DNA from: Halarcobacter sp.
GTDB taxonomy: Bacteria > Campylobacterota > Campylobacteria > Campylobacterales > Arcobacteraceae
DNA length: 64,000 nucleotides
NCBI GenBank assembly: GCA_963676565.1
Contig: OY781089.1
Location: 2,240,001 to 2,304,000 of the forward strand
Direction of reading: 5' to 3'
A program made the translations under genes and the position numbers. Within the stretch, counting starts at the first letter, position 1; the number at the start of each line of letters is the position of its first letter. This document shows positions 40,319 through 50,119 of the stretch, in pieces. The notes beneath the pieces were generated by a model that searched no databases, was not told the origin of the DNA, and saw only the letters and a list, made by a program, of their open reading frames with translations.

Positions 40319-40920
40319 ATTGGTTAGCCCATCTTTTTCTATCAGAAGGAAATACAGATTTTCAAGTTGGCAATATACTTGCCGACCCTTTAAAAGCTAA
40401 ACCATGGGACAACTCTAGCGAAAATATTAAAAAAGGGATGAAAACTCACCTTTTAATTGATTCTTTTTCTGATAAAGATGAGCATTTTAAAATAAGCAAA
40501 AATAGATTAAAGGAAAAAGGTTTATTAAGAGGTATTGTTATTGATTTTACCTATGACTATTTACTTACCAAAAATTGGGATAAATTTTCTACTATAGAAT
40601 TAGATAAATTTAAAAATGAGTTTTATAAAAGCAGCTTAAATCAAAACTATCCAGATTTTCCTTTACAAATTTTAAACAATATAAAAAATAGAAAGCTATT
40701 GGATTTTGATTCCTTTAACGATTTAGAAAAAGCACTAAAAAGAGTTGATATAAGAGTATCATCGCGGGTTTCAAAAAGAGATTCGGCTATAAGCTATTTA
40801 CCTCTTATTGAAAAAAACATAGCTGGATTGGAAAAAGATTTTTTAATCTTTTTTCCCAAACTTTGTAATGAAGTTAAAATAAAAGTTGATGAATCAAAGT
40901 TAAAACATTGGAAAATCTAA
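40315..40920 (+). CDS. acpH: ACP phosphodiesterase-like protein
   Basis: MNWLAHLFLS, GNILAD, H..ID.FSD, D..YD..L..W; ATGA overlap with cbiB. Confidence 0.8.
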   Translation: MNWLAHLFLSEGNTDFQVGNILADPLKAKPWDNSSENIKKGMKTHLLIDSFSDKDEHFKISKNRLKEKGLLRGIVIDFTYDYLLTKNWDKFSTIELDKFKNEFYKSSLNQNYPDFPLQILNNIKNRKLLDFDSFNDLEKALKRVDIRVSSRVSKRDSAISYLPLIEKNIAGLEKDFLIFFPKLCNEVKIKVDESKLKHWKI

Positions 40921-40922
40921 AT

Positions 40923-42185
40923 CTAGGGAACTAATCTATTCATTACTAGTTTTTTATTTCCCCTAAACATTGAGTGAAGATATGTTCCAAAAACTTTTTC
41001 TTTTTGAAAACACCCTTCTATCCCATTTATACTATCTTTTGATTTTGAAAGTTTATTAAAACCATTTTCAGGGTTTAAAGCTTTTGTATAATGAAAGGCA
41101 TGACCTTTTAAACCATCTTCACTAAAATAATATCCCATTCTTTGGAATCTATTCTCTTTAGAAAAAGAGATATCTAATATAGCGCTCATTTGTTTATCAT
41201 CTACACTATGTCCTAGATAAAGTAAGCCAGCACATTCACCATATACTCTTTTTGTTTTAGCATGTTTTATCAAAGATTGTTTAAATTTTTTAGATTTTTT
41301 TATTTTTTCATAGGCTTTTTTAGTTTCTACATATCCACCACAAATATAAACTATATCTGTATCATTAGGTATTACTTCATCTTTTGTAGAATCTACAATT
41401 TTCACTTCTTTAAAAACCTCTTTTAAAAAACATAAATTATCGTGATATAAAAAAGAAAAATTTGAATCATTTACAATTGTTAGTTTGGCATTTTGTTTTT
41501 TTATTTTTTTAAAAGGATAATCTAGGTTTTCTTTTTTAGGTATTGTAGTAATATTTTCTAAAGCTTTAATATCTATATTTCTTAATACTTCTTTTGAAAT
41601 AGCTTCTATTTTAGATAAATCATCTAAATCAAGACCTAAATGAGTATCATTTAATGCTTCAATATCTTTTTTAATCCAACCTAAAACCTTGATATCATCA
41701 AAGTCTTTTTCAATAATATTTTTTATAAGTAAATAATGACTTTGTGAAGCTATTTTATTTAAAACGATACCTTTAATTGTATTATCTTTTTTATAGGTTT
41801 TAAGACCTTTTAATAATGCAGAAACCGTAATATAACTTCCACTTCCGTCAAGTAAAACAACGGTAGGGATTTTTAATAGTTTAGATATATCATAAGCAGA
41901 TGATTTTTTATCACTTCCATCGTAAAACCCCATAACACCTTCACAAATAGAAATTTTTTTATTACTATAATGATTAAAAAGCCACTTTAGTTGTTTTTTA
42001 TTCATCATAAATCTATCAAGATTAATACTTGGTGTTCCACATACTATTTTGTGAAACTGAGGATCTATGTAATCAGGACCTATTTTAAAAGGTTGTACTG
42101 ATTTTCTATAGTGATATAAAAGTGCTGTAGTTAAAACTGTTTTCCCTTGGTTTGATGCAGTTGCACTAATACATATTGCTTTCAT
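40923..42185 (-). CDS. cbiA: Cobyrinate a,c-diamide synthase
   Basis: SNQGKT, FKIGPDYIDP, EGVMGFYDG, GECAG, HAFHY. Confidence 0.93.
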   Translation of the reverse strand: MKAICISATASNQGKTVLTTALLYHYRKSVQPFKIGPDYIDPQFHKIVCGTPSINLDRFMMNKKQLKWLFNHYSNKKISICEGVMGFYDGSDKKSSAYDISKLLKIPTVVLLDGSGSYITVSALLKGLKTYKKDNTIKGIVLNKIASQSHYLLIKNIIEKDFDDIKVLGWIKKDIEALNDTHLGLDLDDLSKIEAISKEVLRNIDIKALENITTIPKKENLDYPFKKIKKQNAKLTIVNDSNFSFLYHDNLCFLKEVFKEVKIVDSTKDEVIPNDTDIVYICGGYVETKKAYEKIKKSKKFKQSLIKHAKTKRVYGECAGLLYLGHSVDDKQMSAILDISFSKENRFQRMGYYFSEDGLKGHAFHYTKALNPENGFNKLSKSKDSINGIEGCFQKEKVFGTYLHSMFRGNKKLVMNRLVP

Positions 42186-42189
42186 TTTA

Positions 42190-43149
42190 TTAATCCTTTT
42201 TTGTTCTTTTTATTAATAAATACACAAAAAATGGTGCCCCAATAAAAGCAGTTACAACTCCAATAGGAAGGGATGAATCTGTACTTAAATTTCTAGAAAT
42301 CAAGTCACTAAGAACTAAAAAAACTCCCCCATAAAAAAATACAGGAAAAAACAATTTGTCGGCACTTTTTTTATAAATTAGTTTAATTATATGAGGAATC
42401 ACAAGACCAATGAAACCAATAGGACCCACAAAACTAATAGATACACCGACACATAAAGATACTAAAACTAATAGTATAATGTTTAATCTATTTACATTTA
42501 AGCCTTTTAAAAAGGCTGTATCATTAGAGATTAAAAGCAATTTTATATCATTTTTATAAAAATTTATTACAAAATAAAAAAATAAACTTATCAATACCAT
42601 AATAACTGAATTCATATATCCAACTGTATCAAGACTTCCTAAGGTAAAACGTACAATTGAGTAGTTTTCTTGAAGATTACTCATGTAAAAAACCAACATC
42701 AAAGCAGAACCATAAAAATATGATAATGCAATACCAGTAAGAAGTAATGAATTAGTTGAAACTGCAATTGATGATTTATTCATTTGTCTTGAGATATAGT
42801 ATAAAATCATAACTGTTAGTATTGAACCAAAAATTGCAGAAATTGAAATATTTATAAAAGGGAAAAAAACAATAGAAATAGCTGTAAAAAGTGTTGTACC
42901 ACTAGATATCCCTAATGTATAAGGAGTAATAAGTTGGTTTTTAAATACAATTTGAAAAACTAATCCACCTAACGCTAAGATTCCACCAACAAAAAAAGCT
43001 AAAATAATTCTAGGAATTCTTAAATCCCAAAATACTGTATATGTCATAGAATCTTTATAAAATATATTATTAAAATCAAGACTAACTTCACCTAAAAATG
43101 GTGATAATAAAAGCAAAACTATACTTAAAAAGTAAACAAGTTTTTTCAT
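42190..43149 (-). CDS. btuC: Cobalamin/iron-chelate ABC permease
   Basis: LRIPR, PYTLGISSG, GPIGFIGLVIPH, PIGVVTAFIGAP. Confidence 0.8.
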   Translation of the reverse strand: MKKLVYFLSIVLLLLSPFLGEVSLDFNNIFYKDSMTYTVFWDLRIPRIILAFFVGGILALGGLVFQIVFKNQLITPYTLGISSGTTLFTAISIVFFPFINISISAIFGSILTVMILYYISRQMNKSSIAVSTNSLLLTGIALSYFYGSALMLVFYMSNLQENYSIVRFTLGSLDTVGYMNSVIMVLISLFFYFVINFYKNDIKLLLISNDTAFLKGLNVNRLNIILLVLVSLCVGVSISFVGPIGFIGLVIPHIIKLIYKKSADKLFFPVFFYGGVFLVLSDLISRNLSTDSSLPIGVVTAFIGAPFFVYLLIKRTKKD

Positions 43150-43844
43150 AGGTTTACCACCAAATGATTATTTACTTTTTGGATTGATTTATTATAAAAC
43201 TTTTCTAAATTATTGTTTTCAAAAAATTCTTCATTTGAACCAAAAAACTCAATTTTTCCATCTTTTAAAAAAAGTATTTTAAATTTTAAAGCATAAGCCA
43301 AATCCAGATTGTGGGTAATTATAATCTTTTGTTTTAACAAATCTGATTTAAAGATATCATATACATCTTTTAATCTATTGATGTCTAAATTGGCAGTTAA
43401 CTCATCAAAGATTGTAATTTTTGCATTATGTATTATTGCTGAAGATAAAAGAACTAGTTGTTTTTCCCCTGAACTAAAAGATTTACAAAATTTATCTTTT
43501 AATTTTTCCATTTTAAGCAAACTAATGATTTTTAAAACCTTTTCATTATCAACTTTAGAAACAAAAGATAATTCTAGAAACTCTTTAAAAGTGATATATT
43601 CATCAAATATTGTAAGCCCTGGAGGTATGTAATTAATAAATTCTGCTCTCTTTAAATCATCCATTTTAGATATCTCTTCATTATCTAAAAATACTTTATC
43701 ATTTGTAATTAGATTAGATAAAACTTTTGCTAAAGTAGATTTTCCTGCTCCATTTTGTCCTAAGATTATTAGATTTTCATTTTCTTCTAATTTAAATGAG
43801 ATCTCATCTAAAATTGAACTAGTGTAATTTTTTATTTCTAACAT
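43146..43844 (-). CDS. btuD: Cobalamin/iron-chelate ABC ATPase
   Basis: GQNGAGKS, FSSGEKQ, DELTANLD, THNL. Confidence 0.78.
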   Translation of the reverse strand: MLEIKNYTSSILDEISFKLEENENLIILGQNGAGKSTLAKVLSNLITNDKVFLDNEEISKMDDLKRAEFINYIPPGLTIFDEYITFKEFLELSFVSKVDNEKVLKIISLLKMEKLKDKFCKSFSSGEKQLVLLSSAIIHNAKITIFDELTANLDINRLKDVYDIFKSDLLKQKIIITHNLDLAYALKFKILFLKDGKIEFFGSNEEFFENNNLEKFYNKSIQKVNNHLVVNL

Positions 43845-44652
43845 TCTGTAAAATCTTTTTAAAATCTTTTATAAAATATATAACCCTATCACTTGGAATT
43901 CCTGCATAAAGCTTATCTACTGCATAAATATTGTTATTTCTTGATGCATTTATAGGTAAATCTTTCCAAGAATCAACTAGTTTCTCTAACTCTTTTATTT
44001 TTCCATCATAAAAAGGAGCTAGTAAAACTATAATATCAGGATTCATCTTTATGATTTTTTCAATATTTACAACTGGTTGCATAGATGATTTAGAAAAATA
44101 GGCATTTTCATTTCCACTAGCTTTAATAATATCTTCGAAATATAAATAGTTTCCAGAAACATAAATTTGTCTATGTAAATCTTTTTTGGGACTTATGACT
44201 ACTAAAATTTTTTTATTTTCAACAATACCACTTAAACTAGTTAAAGAATCGTTTATATCATTGACGATTTTAGAAGCTATTTTATCTTTTTTAAAATAAC
44301 TTCCTAAATCTAAAATAGTATTTTTAATATCATCCAGTGAAGTGGTTTTATATATTTTTGTTTCTATTCCTAGTTTCTTTAAATTACCATTTAACTTTTC
44401 ATCATAATTTTGACCAATAACCACAGTTGGCTTTGTACTTAAAATCTTCTCTATTGAAATAGAAGCATAGCCACCAATCTTCATCACACTTTTTGTTTCC
44501 TCAGGATAGGAACAATGTTTTGTATTTGCAACAACACTATTTCCCATATCTAAAGCATATACTATTTCATTTATCGACGGAGCTAATGTTACAATTCTCT
44601 CTTGAGCGAATAAAGTTAACCCAAGTAATAAAAAAGAAACTATTTTTTTCAT
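43819..44652 (-). CDS. btuF: Cobalamin-binding periplasmic protein
   Basis: RIVTLAPSINE, CSYPEE, IEKI...NPDII. Confidence 0.78.
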   Translation of the reverse strand: MKKIVSFLLLGLTLFAQERIVTLAPSINEIVYALDMGNSVVANTKHCSYPEETKSVMKIGGYASISIEKILSTKPTVVIGQNYDEKLNGNLKKLGIETKIYKTTSLDDIKNTILDLGSYFKKDKIASKIVNDINDSLTSLSGIVENKKILVVISPKKDLHRQIYVSGNYLYFEDIIKASGNENAYFSKSSMQPVVNIEKIIKMNPDIIVLLAPFYDGKIKELEKLVDSWKDLPINASRNNNIYAVDKLYAGIPSDRVIYFIKDFKKILQNVRNKKLH

Positions 44653-44653
44653 A

Positions 44654-46456
44654 TTAGAATGATGCCTTTATACCTACATAAAATGCTCTTGGACTTGTTG
44701 AATATCCATCAACAGTTTGATAATATTTATCTAATACATTATCGATTTTAAAATAGGCTTTAAAATTTTTGTTTATATCGTAGTTTACAACAGTATTCCA
44801 TAATGTATATTTACCTGTTTGTCTACCTGATTTATCATCACTATTATATCTTTTCCCTACATATTCACCATTTAGATTAAAATGAAAATTTTTAATTCCA
44901 TAATAATCAAGTGACATTTTAAGTGTATCAAAAGGGATTCTTCTTATATATTCGGCATCACTGTTTTTAGCAATAACTCTATCGTATGATAAACTTAATA
45001 TTGTATCAGTTTCTATTGCTTTATTATATGAAATTTCAAAACCTTTAAATGCATTTTCACCACTAAAGTTTGTATATGTTTTAGTTCCAAAATCATAAGC
45101 CAACATATCTTCAATAATCGAATTATATGCAGAGAACTTAATATCTTTATAACGTAAGTTAACATCATATGAAGTTGTACTTTCTGGGTTTAGATCTGTA
45201 TTTCCTGACGATCCATAAAGTTGATTCATTGTTGGTACATTATATCCTGTACTTGCATTTACACTAATATCTAAATCATTAGTAAAGAAATATTTTACAC
45301 CTAACTTTCCAGTTAGTTTATTTTCAAAATCACTATAATCATCATATCTTAAAGCTTGAGTAAAAACTAAATTAGAAAATCTATTTGTATTATTTGCAAA
45401 AAAACCTAAATTTTTATAATTATCATCAACAGGTTTACTTACATTAAACCTTTTAAAATCGGCTCCAAAAACTAAATAAGAGTCTTTATAATAATCAAGT
45501 CTACTTTTTTGTCCTAATTCATGGACATCAGCTTCATAATAATTATTGCTCGTAATTTTGTCATAGTTTCTATCAAAAAATGAATAATTATAATAAACAT
45601 CACTCTCATAATTTTCTGATTTAAAGTTATAACTTGTATTAATCAATTGAGTATCATAATCATATGTTCTTAATGAATCAGCACTCGAAGAATCTGTATT
45701 AACAAAAGAGCTTATTTTTGTATATGAAGTTTTTATTTTATGATTATCATCAATTTTATAGGCAAAATCAACCCCATATGTTTGATTTTCATAAGAGTCA
45801 TCTTCATAATTATCTAAATCTGTCCCATAATCAGAGTAAGCACTAAATGAATCACTTTTAACAAAATTATAATTTGTAGATATATCTATTTTTTCATTAT
45901 TGTAACCTAAGTTGAATCCAAATTTTCTTGTATTAAATGAGCCATACTCTGAATAAAAAGAGAAATTAGAACCTACTTTATTTTTCTTTGTAATAATATT
46001 TATTACACCACCTGTCGCATCTGCTCCCCAAACTCCACTTTGAGCACCTTTAAGAACTTCTATTCTTTCAATACCTTCCATCATAATATGATGAAGAGGT
46101 GAACCATCTTGAGTATTTGAAGGATCATTTAATCTAATACCATCAACTAAAATTAATAATCTAGTAGAATTAATTCCTCTAATATAAATAGTTTTTTTAG
46201 ATCCCAATCCCCCATTTGAATTGAAACTAATACCACTTAATGTAGAGATAGCATCTATAGCATCATTAAAGTGCCGTTCCTCTAATTCTTCTTTTGTAAT
46301 TACTTCAATAGCTGAGGTTACGTCTTGAATTGATTGCTCAGTTTTTGTTGGAGTTGAAACAGTTATACTTGAAATTTGTGCAACTTCATTTGAATATAAA
46401 TTTAATGCACCTATTAAACTTACACATAAACTTATTGATATTTTTTTATTTAGCAT
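44654..46456 (-). CDS. btuB: TonB-dependent receptor, BtuB-like
   Basis: NGGLG..IYIRG, IERIEVLKGAQSGVWGADA.GGVINIIT, LNPE, C-terminal F. Confidence 0.75.
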   Translation of the reverse strand: MLNKKISISLCVSLIGALNLYSNEVAQISSITVSTPTKTEQSIQDVTSAIEVITKEELEERHFNDAIDAISTLSGISFNSNGGLGSKKTIYIRGINSTRLLILVDGIRLNDPSNTQDGSPLHHIMMEGIERIEVLKGAQSGVWGADATGGVINIITKKNKVGSNFSFYSEYGSFNTRKFGFNLGYNNEKIDISTNYNFVKSDSFSAYSDYGTDLDNYEDDSYENQTYGVDFAYKIDDNHKIKTSYTKISSFVNTDSSSADSLRTYDYDTQLINTSYNFKSENYESDVYYNYSFFDRNYDKITSNNYYEADVHELGQKSRLDYYKDSYLVFGADFKRFNVSKPVDDNYKNLGFFANNTNRFSNLVFTQALRYDDYSDFENKLTGKLGVKYFFTNDLDISVNASTGYNVPTMNQLYGSSGNTDLNPESTTSYDVNLRYKDIKFSAYNSIIEDMLAYDFGTKTYTNFSGENAFKGFEISYNKAIETDTILSLSYDRVIAKNSDAEYIRRIPFDTLKMSLDYYGIKNFHFNLNGEYVGKRYNSDDKSGRQTGKYTLWNTVVNYDINKNFKAYFKIDNVLDKYYQTVDGYSTSPRAFYVGIKASF

Positions 46457-46487
46457 ATTAATAATTATTCCTATTGATTTATTTTTT

Positions 46488-48395
46488 CTAAAATTTATAC
46501 TTCAAACCAGCGTAATATGTTCTTTCAAAATTTACTGGATATATTTGGTCATCATTTATCCATAAACCATTATCTTCATCAAATATATTTTGAATCTTTC
46601 CAAAAACTTCTAAATTTTTATACTTATAAGTAACACTTAAATCTGTTGAGTTATATGCTTCTTGTTTTTGAGAAAAATTATTTCCAAAATCTTCTGCTGC
46701 ATAAGCTTCACTTCTATAAGTATGAGTTAAAACACCAGAAAATCTTTCTATTTCATAACCTATATTAACTGTAAGATTATGATTTGAAACACCAGGTAAA
46801 TCTTTTCCATCATAAATAGTTCCACTTTCAGTCTCTTCATCAATTTTTGCAATAATATACGAATAATTTAAAGATGTATATAAATTTTTATTAATTAAAT
46901 ATTTATCAAAAATTTCAATACCGTATTTGTGTGATTTATCAATATTTGTATTTTTTTGTGTTGCTCCAACACTATAAAAATAGATTTCGTTTTTTAATTT
47001 TGAATAAAATAAAGATATTTTTAATTTATTGTTATCTTGAATACCTGTATATCCAAAATTAAAGTTTTTAACTTTCGCAGGTTCAATATAACCATTAAAA
47101 GAGCCCCACCAAAAAAGTCTATCTAAATCTGGAGTCTGGTAAGATTTATTAAAATTAGCAAAAAAAGAATTGTTTTCATCTAATTTATAGTTAATTCCTA
47201 AATCTAATGCATTTAAATTAATATCTTTGTTAACACCACCTGCATCTAAAAGATCAAATTTAACTTTTTCATTTCTTAATCCTGAAGAAATAGACAATTG
47301 ATTTGAAACAAAATAATTACCTGTTAAAAATAAAGCTTGATTATCTTTTGTTACAGTGTTAGAAGAAGTTATTCTATCTCCCTCAAAAACATCAATTCCC
47401 ATACTTAAAGAATATATATTTTTATTAACATTAAGTTTTGAATTTAAAGTTTTATAATCATAGTTTGAAGTCCAACCAGAAGAATACATACTTTTTTTAT
47501 CTTCATTACTAAAATTTGTTTCAAAGGAATAATCCCTTAAAAAATCATATTTAAACCCAATATCTGTAACATAAGAACTAAAATATTGTTCCGTATCCCA
47601 ACCAATGGTAGTAGATTGATATGGATTTGACTTATATTGATTTAATGTTAAAGCACCTGCATATTTAATATTCATATCAGAAAAATTTCTTCCAATTTTA
47701 ATCTCTAAATTATCAGTAGGAAAGTAAATAAGGTTTATATTTCTATTTCTACTATAGTTGTCATCTTTTGTACCACTTTGTAAGGTTCTTGAACCATTAG
47801 TAGTTGTATAATCCATATAGGTATTTAAAATTATCTTATCATTATTAAACCCTAAACTTAATGCACCATTTTTTGTTCCATTATTACCAAAGTATGTTTT
47901 AATATAATTTTCATTTTTCCCATTTGTAATAATATTTATTGCACCTGAATTTGCTCCATCACCATATTGGACAGAACCACTACCCTTAACTATCTCAATT
48001 TTTTCAACTGATTCTATTGGAATAGAAGATAAAAGTTGTGTTGTCATATCAATATTATTTAACCTTCTCCCATTTACAGTAACAACTAAATTTTGGTAAC
48101 CATCTGTAATACCATATCCTCGTAAATCAATTTTTTGAGCAAAAGTATTTCCAGCACTAGGAGCTATAACAAGTGAAGTTTGTGAATTTAAAAACTCATA
48201 TATGTCTTTCGATTTTGAACTTTCAATATCTTCTTTAGTGTAAATTTCTGTTGAATACGTCGCATCTTTTTCATTTGTTTCAATTAATGAACTTGAAATA
48301 GTAACGCTTGAGATTTGATTTGTATCATTTGAGTAAAGATTTGTTGCGATTAAAAGCAAAGCAACTGCGCTTGTAGTTAATTTTTTATTTTCCAT
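46488..48395 (-). CDS. TonB-dependent receptor
   Basis: IDLRGYG, VEKIEIVKGSGSVQYG, C-terminal YKF. Confidence 0.85.
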   Translation of the reverse strand: MENKKLTTSAVALLLIATNLYSNDTNQISSVTISSSLIETNEKDATYSTEIYTKEDIESSKSKDIYEFLNSQTSLVIAPSAGNTFAQKIDLRGYGITDGYQNLVVTVNGRRLNNIDMTTQLLSSIPIESVEKIEIVKGSGSVQYGDGANSGAINIITNGKNENYIKTYFGNNGTKNGALSLGFNNDKIILNTYMDYTTTNGSRTLQSGTKDDNYSRNRNINLIYFPTDNLEIKIGRNFSDMNIKYAGALTLNQYKSNPYQSTTIGWDTEQYFSSYVTDIGFKYDFLRDYSFETNFSNEDKKSMYSSGWTSNYDYKTLNSKLNVNKNIYSLSMGIDVFEGDRITSSNTVTKDNQALFLTGNYFVSNQLSISSGLRNEKVKFDLLDAGGVNKDINLNALDLGINYKLDENNSFFANFNKSYQTPDLDRLFWWGSFNGYIEPAKVKNFNFGYTGIQDNNKLKISLFYSKLKNEIYFYSVGATQKNTNIDKSHKYGIEIFDKYLINKNLYTSLNYSYIIAKIDEETESGTIYDGKDLPGVSNHNLTVNIGYEIERFSGVLTHTYRSEAYAAEDFGNNFSQKQEAYNSTDLSVTYKYKNLEVFGKIQNIFDEDNGLWINDDQIYPVNFERTYYAGLKYKF

Positions 48396-48418
48396 GTGTA
48401 ATATTTGTCCTATGTTTT

Positions 48419-48604
48419 TTATAAATTATTTGTTGAATATTGTTTAGCTGGTTTTAATTGCGATGATAATAACAGCTTAATGATTTTTGGCATATTTTGA
48501 TTTATTGTAGTTTCAATTGAACTAAATTGCGAGTGCATTTTTCCATTTACAGTTGCACATAAAATACCAAAAAATGAGAAGTAGTTTTTCTTTTTAGTAA
48601 TCAT
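48419..48604 (-). CDS. Small protein (61 aa) leading the TonB/btu operon
   Basis: Strong AAGGAGGG RBS; TATAAT at 48638-48643 (minus strand). Confidence 0.5.
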   Translation of the reverse strand: MITKKKNYFSFFGILCATVNGKMHSQFSSIETTINQNMPKIIKLLLSSQLKPAKQYSTNNL

Positions 48605-48684
48605 ATTTATCCCCTCCTTTACAAAAATTTTTTGCGGATTATACTAAAAAAGGGATAAAAGTATGAAATTAAGAATTTTTTAAA

Positions 48685-49395
48685 TTATATATGGCAGCTT
48701 AGAATTGATTTATTTGGATCAACAATATACTCATAACCTTGATACATAATATAAAAGCCAAATAAAATTACAAGAATTGAAGCAATATTTATAAATAGAC
48801 TTCTTAATGCCATTTGTTTAAATACTCCAACAAAGAAACCTAAAGAAAACATTGCAGGTAGAGTACTAAGACCAAAAATAAGCATTACAAAAGCTCCCCA
48901 AAGTGGGCTTCCTGTACTAGCTGCTGTAATTGCAAACACATATACAAAACCGCAAGGAAGTAGACCATTAAGCATTCCTAGTAGATAAAAACTAGTCAAA
49001 GTATTTGAACCAATTAAAGATCTAAATGTTTGTTGATAAATAGTAGATTTAGATACAGAATGCTCTAAGGAAGTTAAAAACTTTAGTTTACCACTTAAAG
49101 ATAAACCAACAAGTATCATTAAAACACCTGTTGTTAAAAGTAAAATACCACTTGTCATATTATCAAAAGTAACAACACCGCCTACAAACCCAAATATAAA
49201 TCCAAGTATTACATAAGTAGTTATTCTACCAAAAGAGTATAATACATGGGAGATTGATTGTTTGGTTTTAGTCCACGATGAATCAATTTTTGTACTAGAA
49301 TAAGCGACAACAATTCCTCCACACATGCCAATACAATGACCAAAAGAACCTAAAAAAGCAATTGAAATTATTGTTAGAATACTTACACTTTCCAT
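48685..49395 (-). CDS. DsbD_2/TauE-SafE-like membrane protein
   Basis: GHCIGMCGG and GLLPCGFVY motifs. Confidence 0.85.
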   Translation of the reverse strand: MESVSILTIISIAFLGSFGHCIGMCGGIVVAYSSTKIDSSWTKTKQSISHVLYSFGRITTYVILGFIFGFVGGVVTFDNMTSGILLLTTGVLMILVGLSLSGKLKFLTSLEHSVSKSTIYQQTFRSLIGSNTLTSFYLLGMLNGLLPCGFVYVFAITAASTGSPLWGAFVMLIFGLSTLPAMFSLGFFVGVFKQMALRSLFINIASILVILFGFYIMYQGYEYIVDPNKSILSCHI

Positions 49396-49898
49396 TATTT
49401 ACCTAATAGTTTATTTCTAATTAAAGGGTTTGTTAAATTTTCACCTCTATACATTTTGATTATCATTTCATCAAAGTTAATCATACCCTCTTTTTTATTT
49501 TTATAAGCACCAAATCCATATTCCATTGGAGTATTTGAAGTTTTATCATACCAAGCTTTTCTACCATCTATATATTCATTTGTATCATTTGAAAAAACCC
49601 AGATGACTGCATCTTTCTGAAACTCTATATTTTTATACCATAAAGCTAAACAACCTGGATCATCAAAAAACCATGTTCTTCCATCTGGAGCAACTGCTTG
49701 TGCTGAATGTTTATTTGAAGTAATTGTCATACCACATTGGGTATCTTGGAAATGATTTAGGGTAATATCTACTGGTTTGTGTTCATGATTTCCTTCATGG
49801 ATAACAACCATTTGTTTTTGATTTGACATTGATAAAAAAATACCAACAATAATAAATATTAATACAAATATAGTAATAATAGGTAAAAACTTCTTCAT
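49395..49898 (-). CDS. NosL-like metal chaperone, membrane anchored
   Basis: QCGMTI, FFDDPGCL, TPMEYGFGAY. Confidence 0.75.
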   Translation of the reverse strand: MKKFLPIITIFVLIFIIVGIFLSMSNQKQMVVIHEGNHEHKPVDITLNHFQDTQCGMTITSNKHSAQAVAPDGRTWFFDDPGCLALWYKNIEFQKDAVIWVFSNDTNEYIDGRKAWYDKTSNTPMEYGFGAYKNKKEGMINFDEMIIKMYRGENLTNPLIRNKLLGK

Positions 49899-49951
49899 TC
49901 AAATTCCTAAAAATAATTGAAATGATATATAAAGCCTCTTGATAACTAGCT

Positions 49952-50035
49952 AAAATAAAAAAGCCCCATATAAAATGGGGCTTCAAACACAAAGACTTTG
50001 AGAAAATTAAATTTAGTGTAGGAGGCTAATTTTCT
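49952..50035 (-). ncRNA. Candidate sRNA (about 80 nt) with an anti-SD loop and intrinsic terminator
   Basis: TACTAT -10 at 50044-50049; stem AGAAAATTA/TAATTTTCT with GCCTCCT in the loop; terminator AAGCCCCAT-TTTAT-ATGGGGCTTTTT. Confidence 0.6.
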
Positions 50036-50119
50036 AATATCTAATAGTAACTCTAAAATGTTAATTTTTTGTTAAATCAAGGTTAAAACAATATAATACA
50101 AAAAAATTTAGGATATAAA

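Noticed and set aside
49795..49992. 65-aa ORF on the minus strand
   Set aside because: It runs through the terminator hairpin and out of frame over the NosL-like gene; the sRNA explains the region better.
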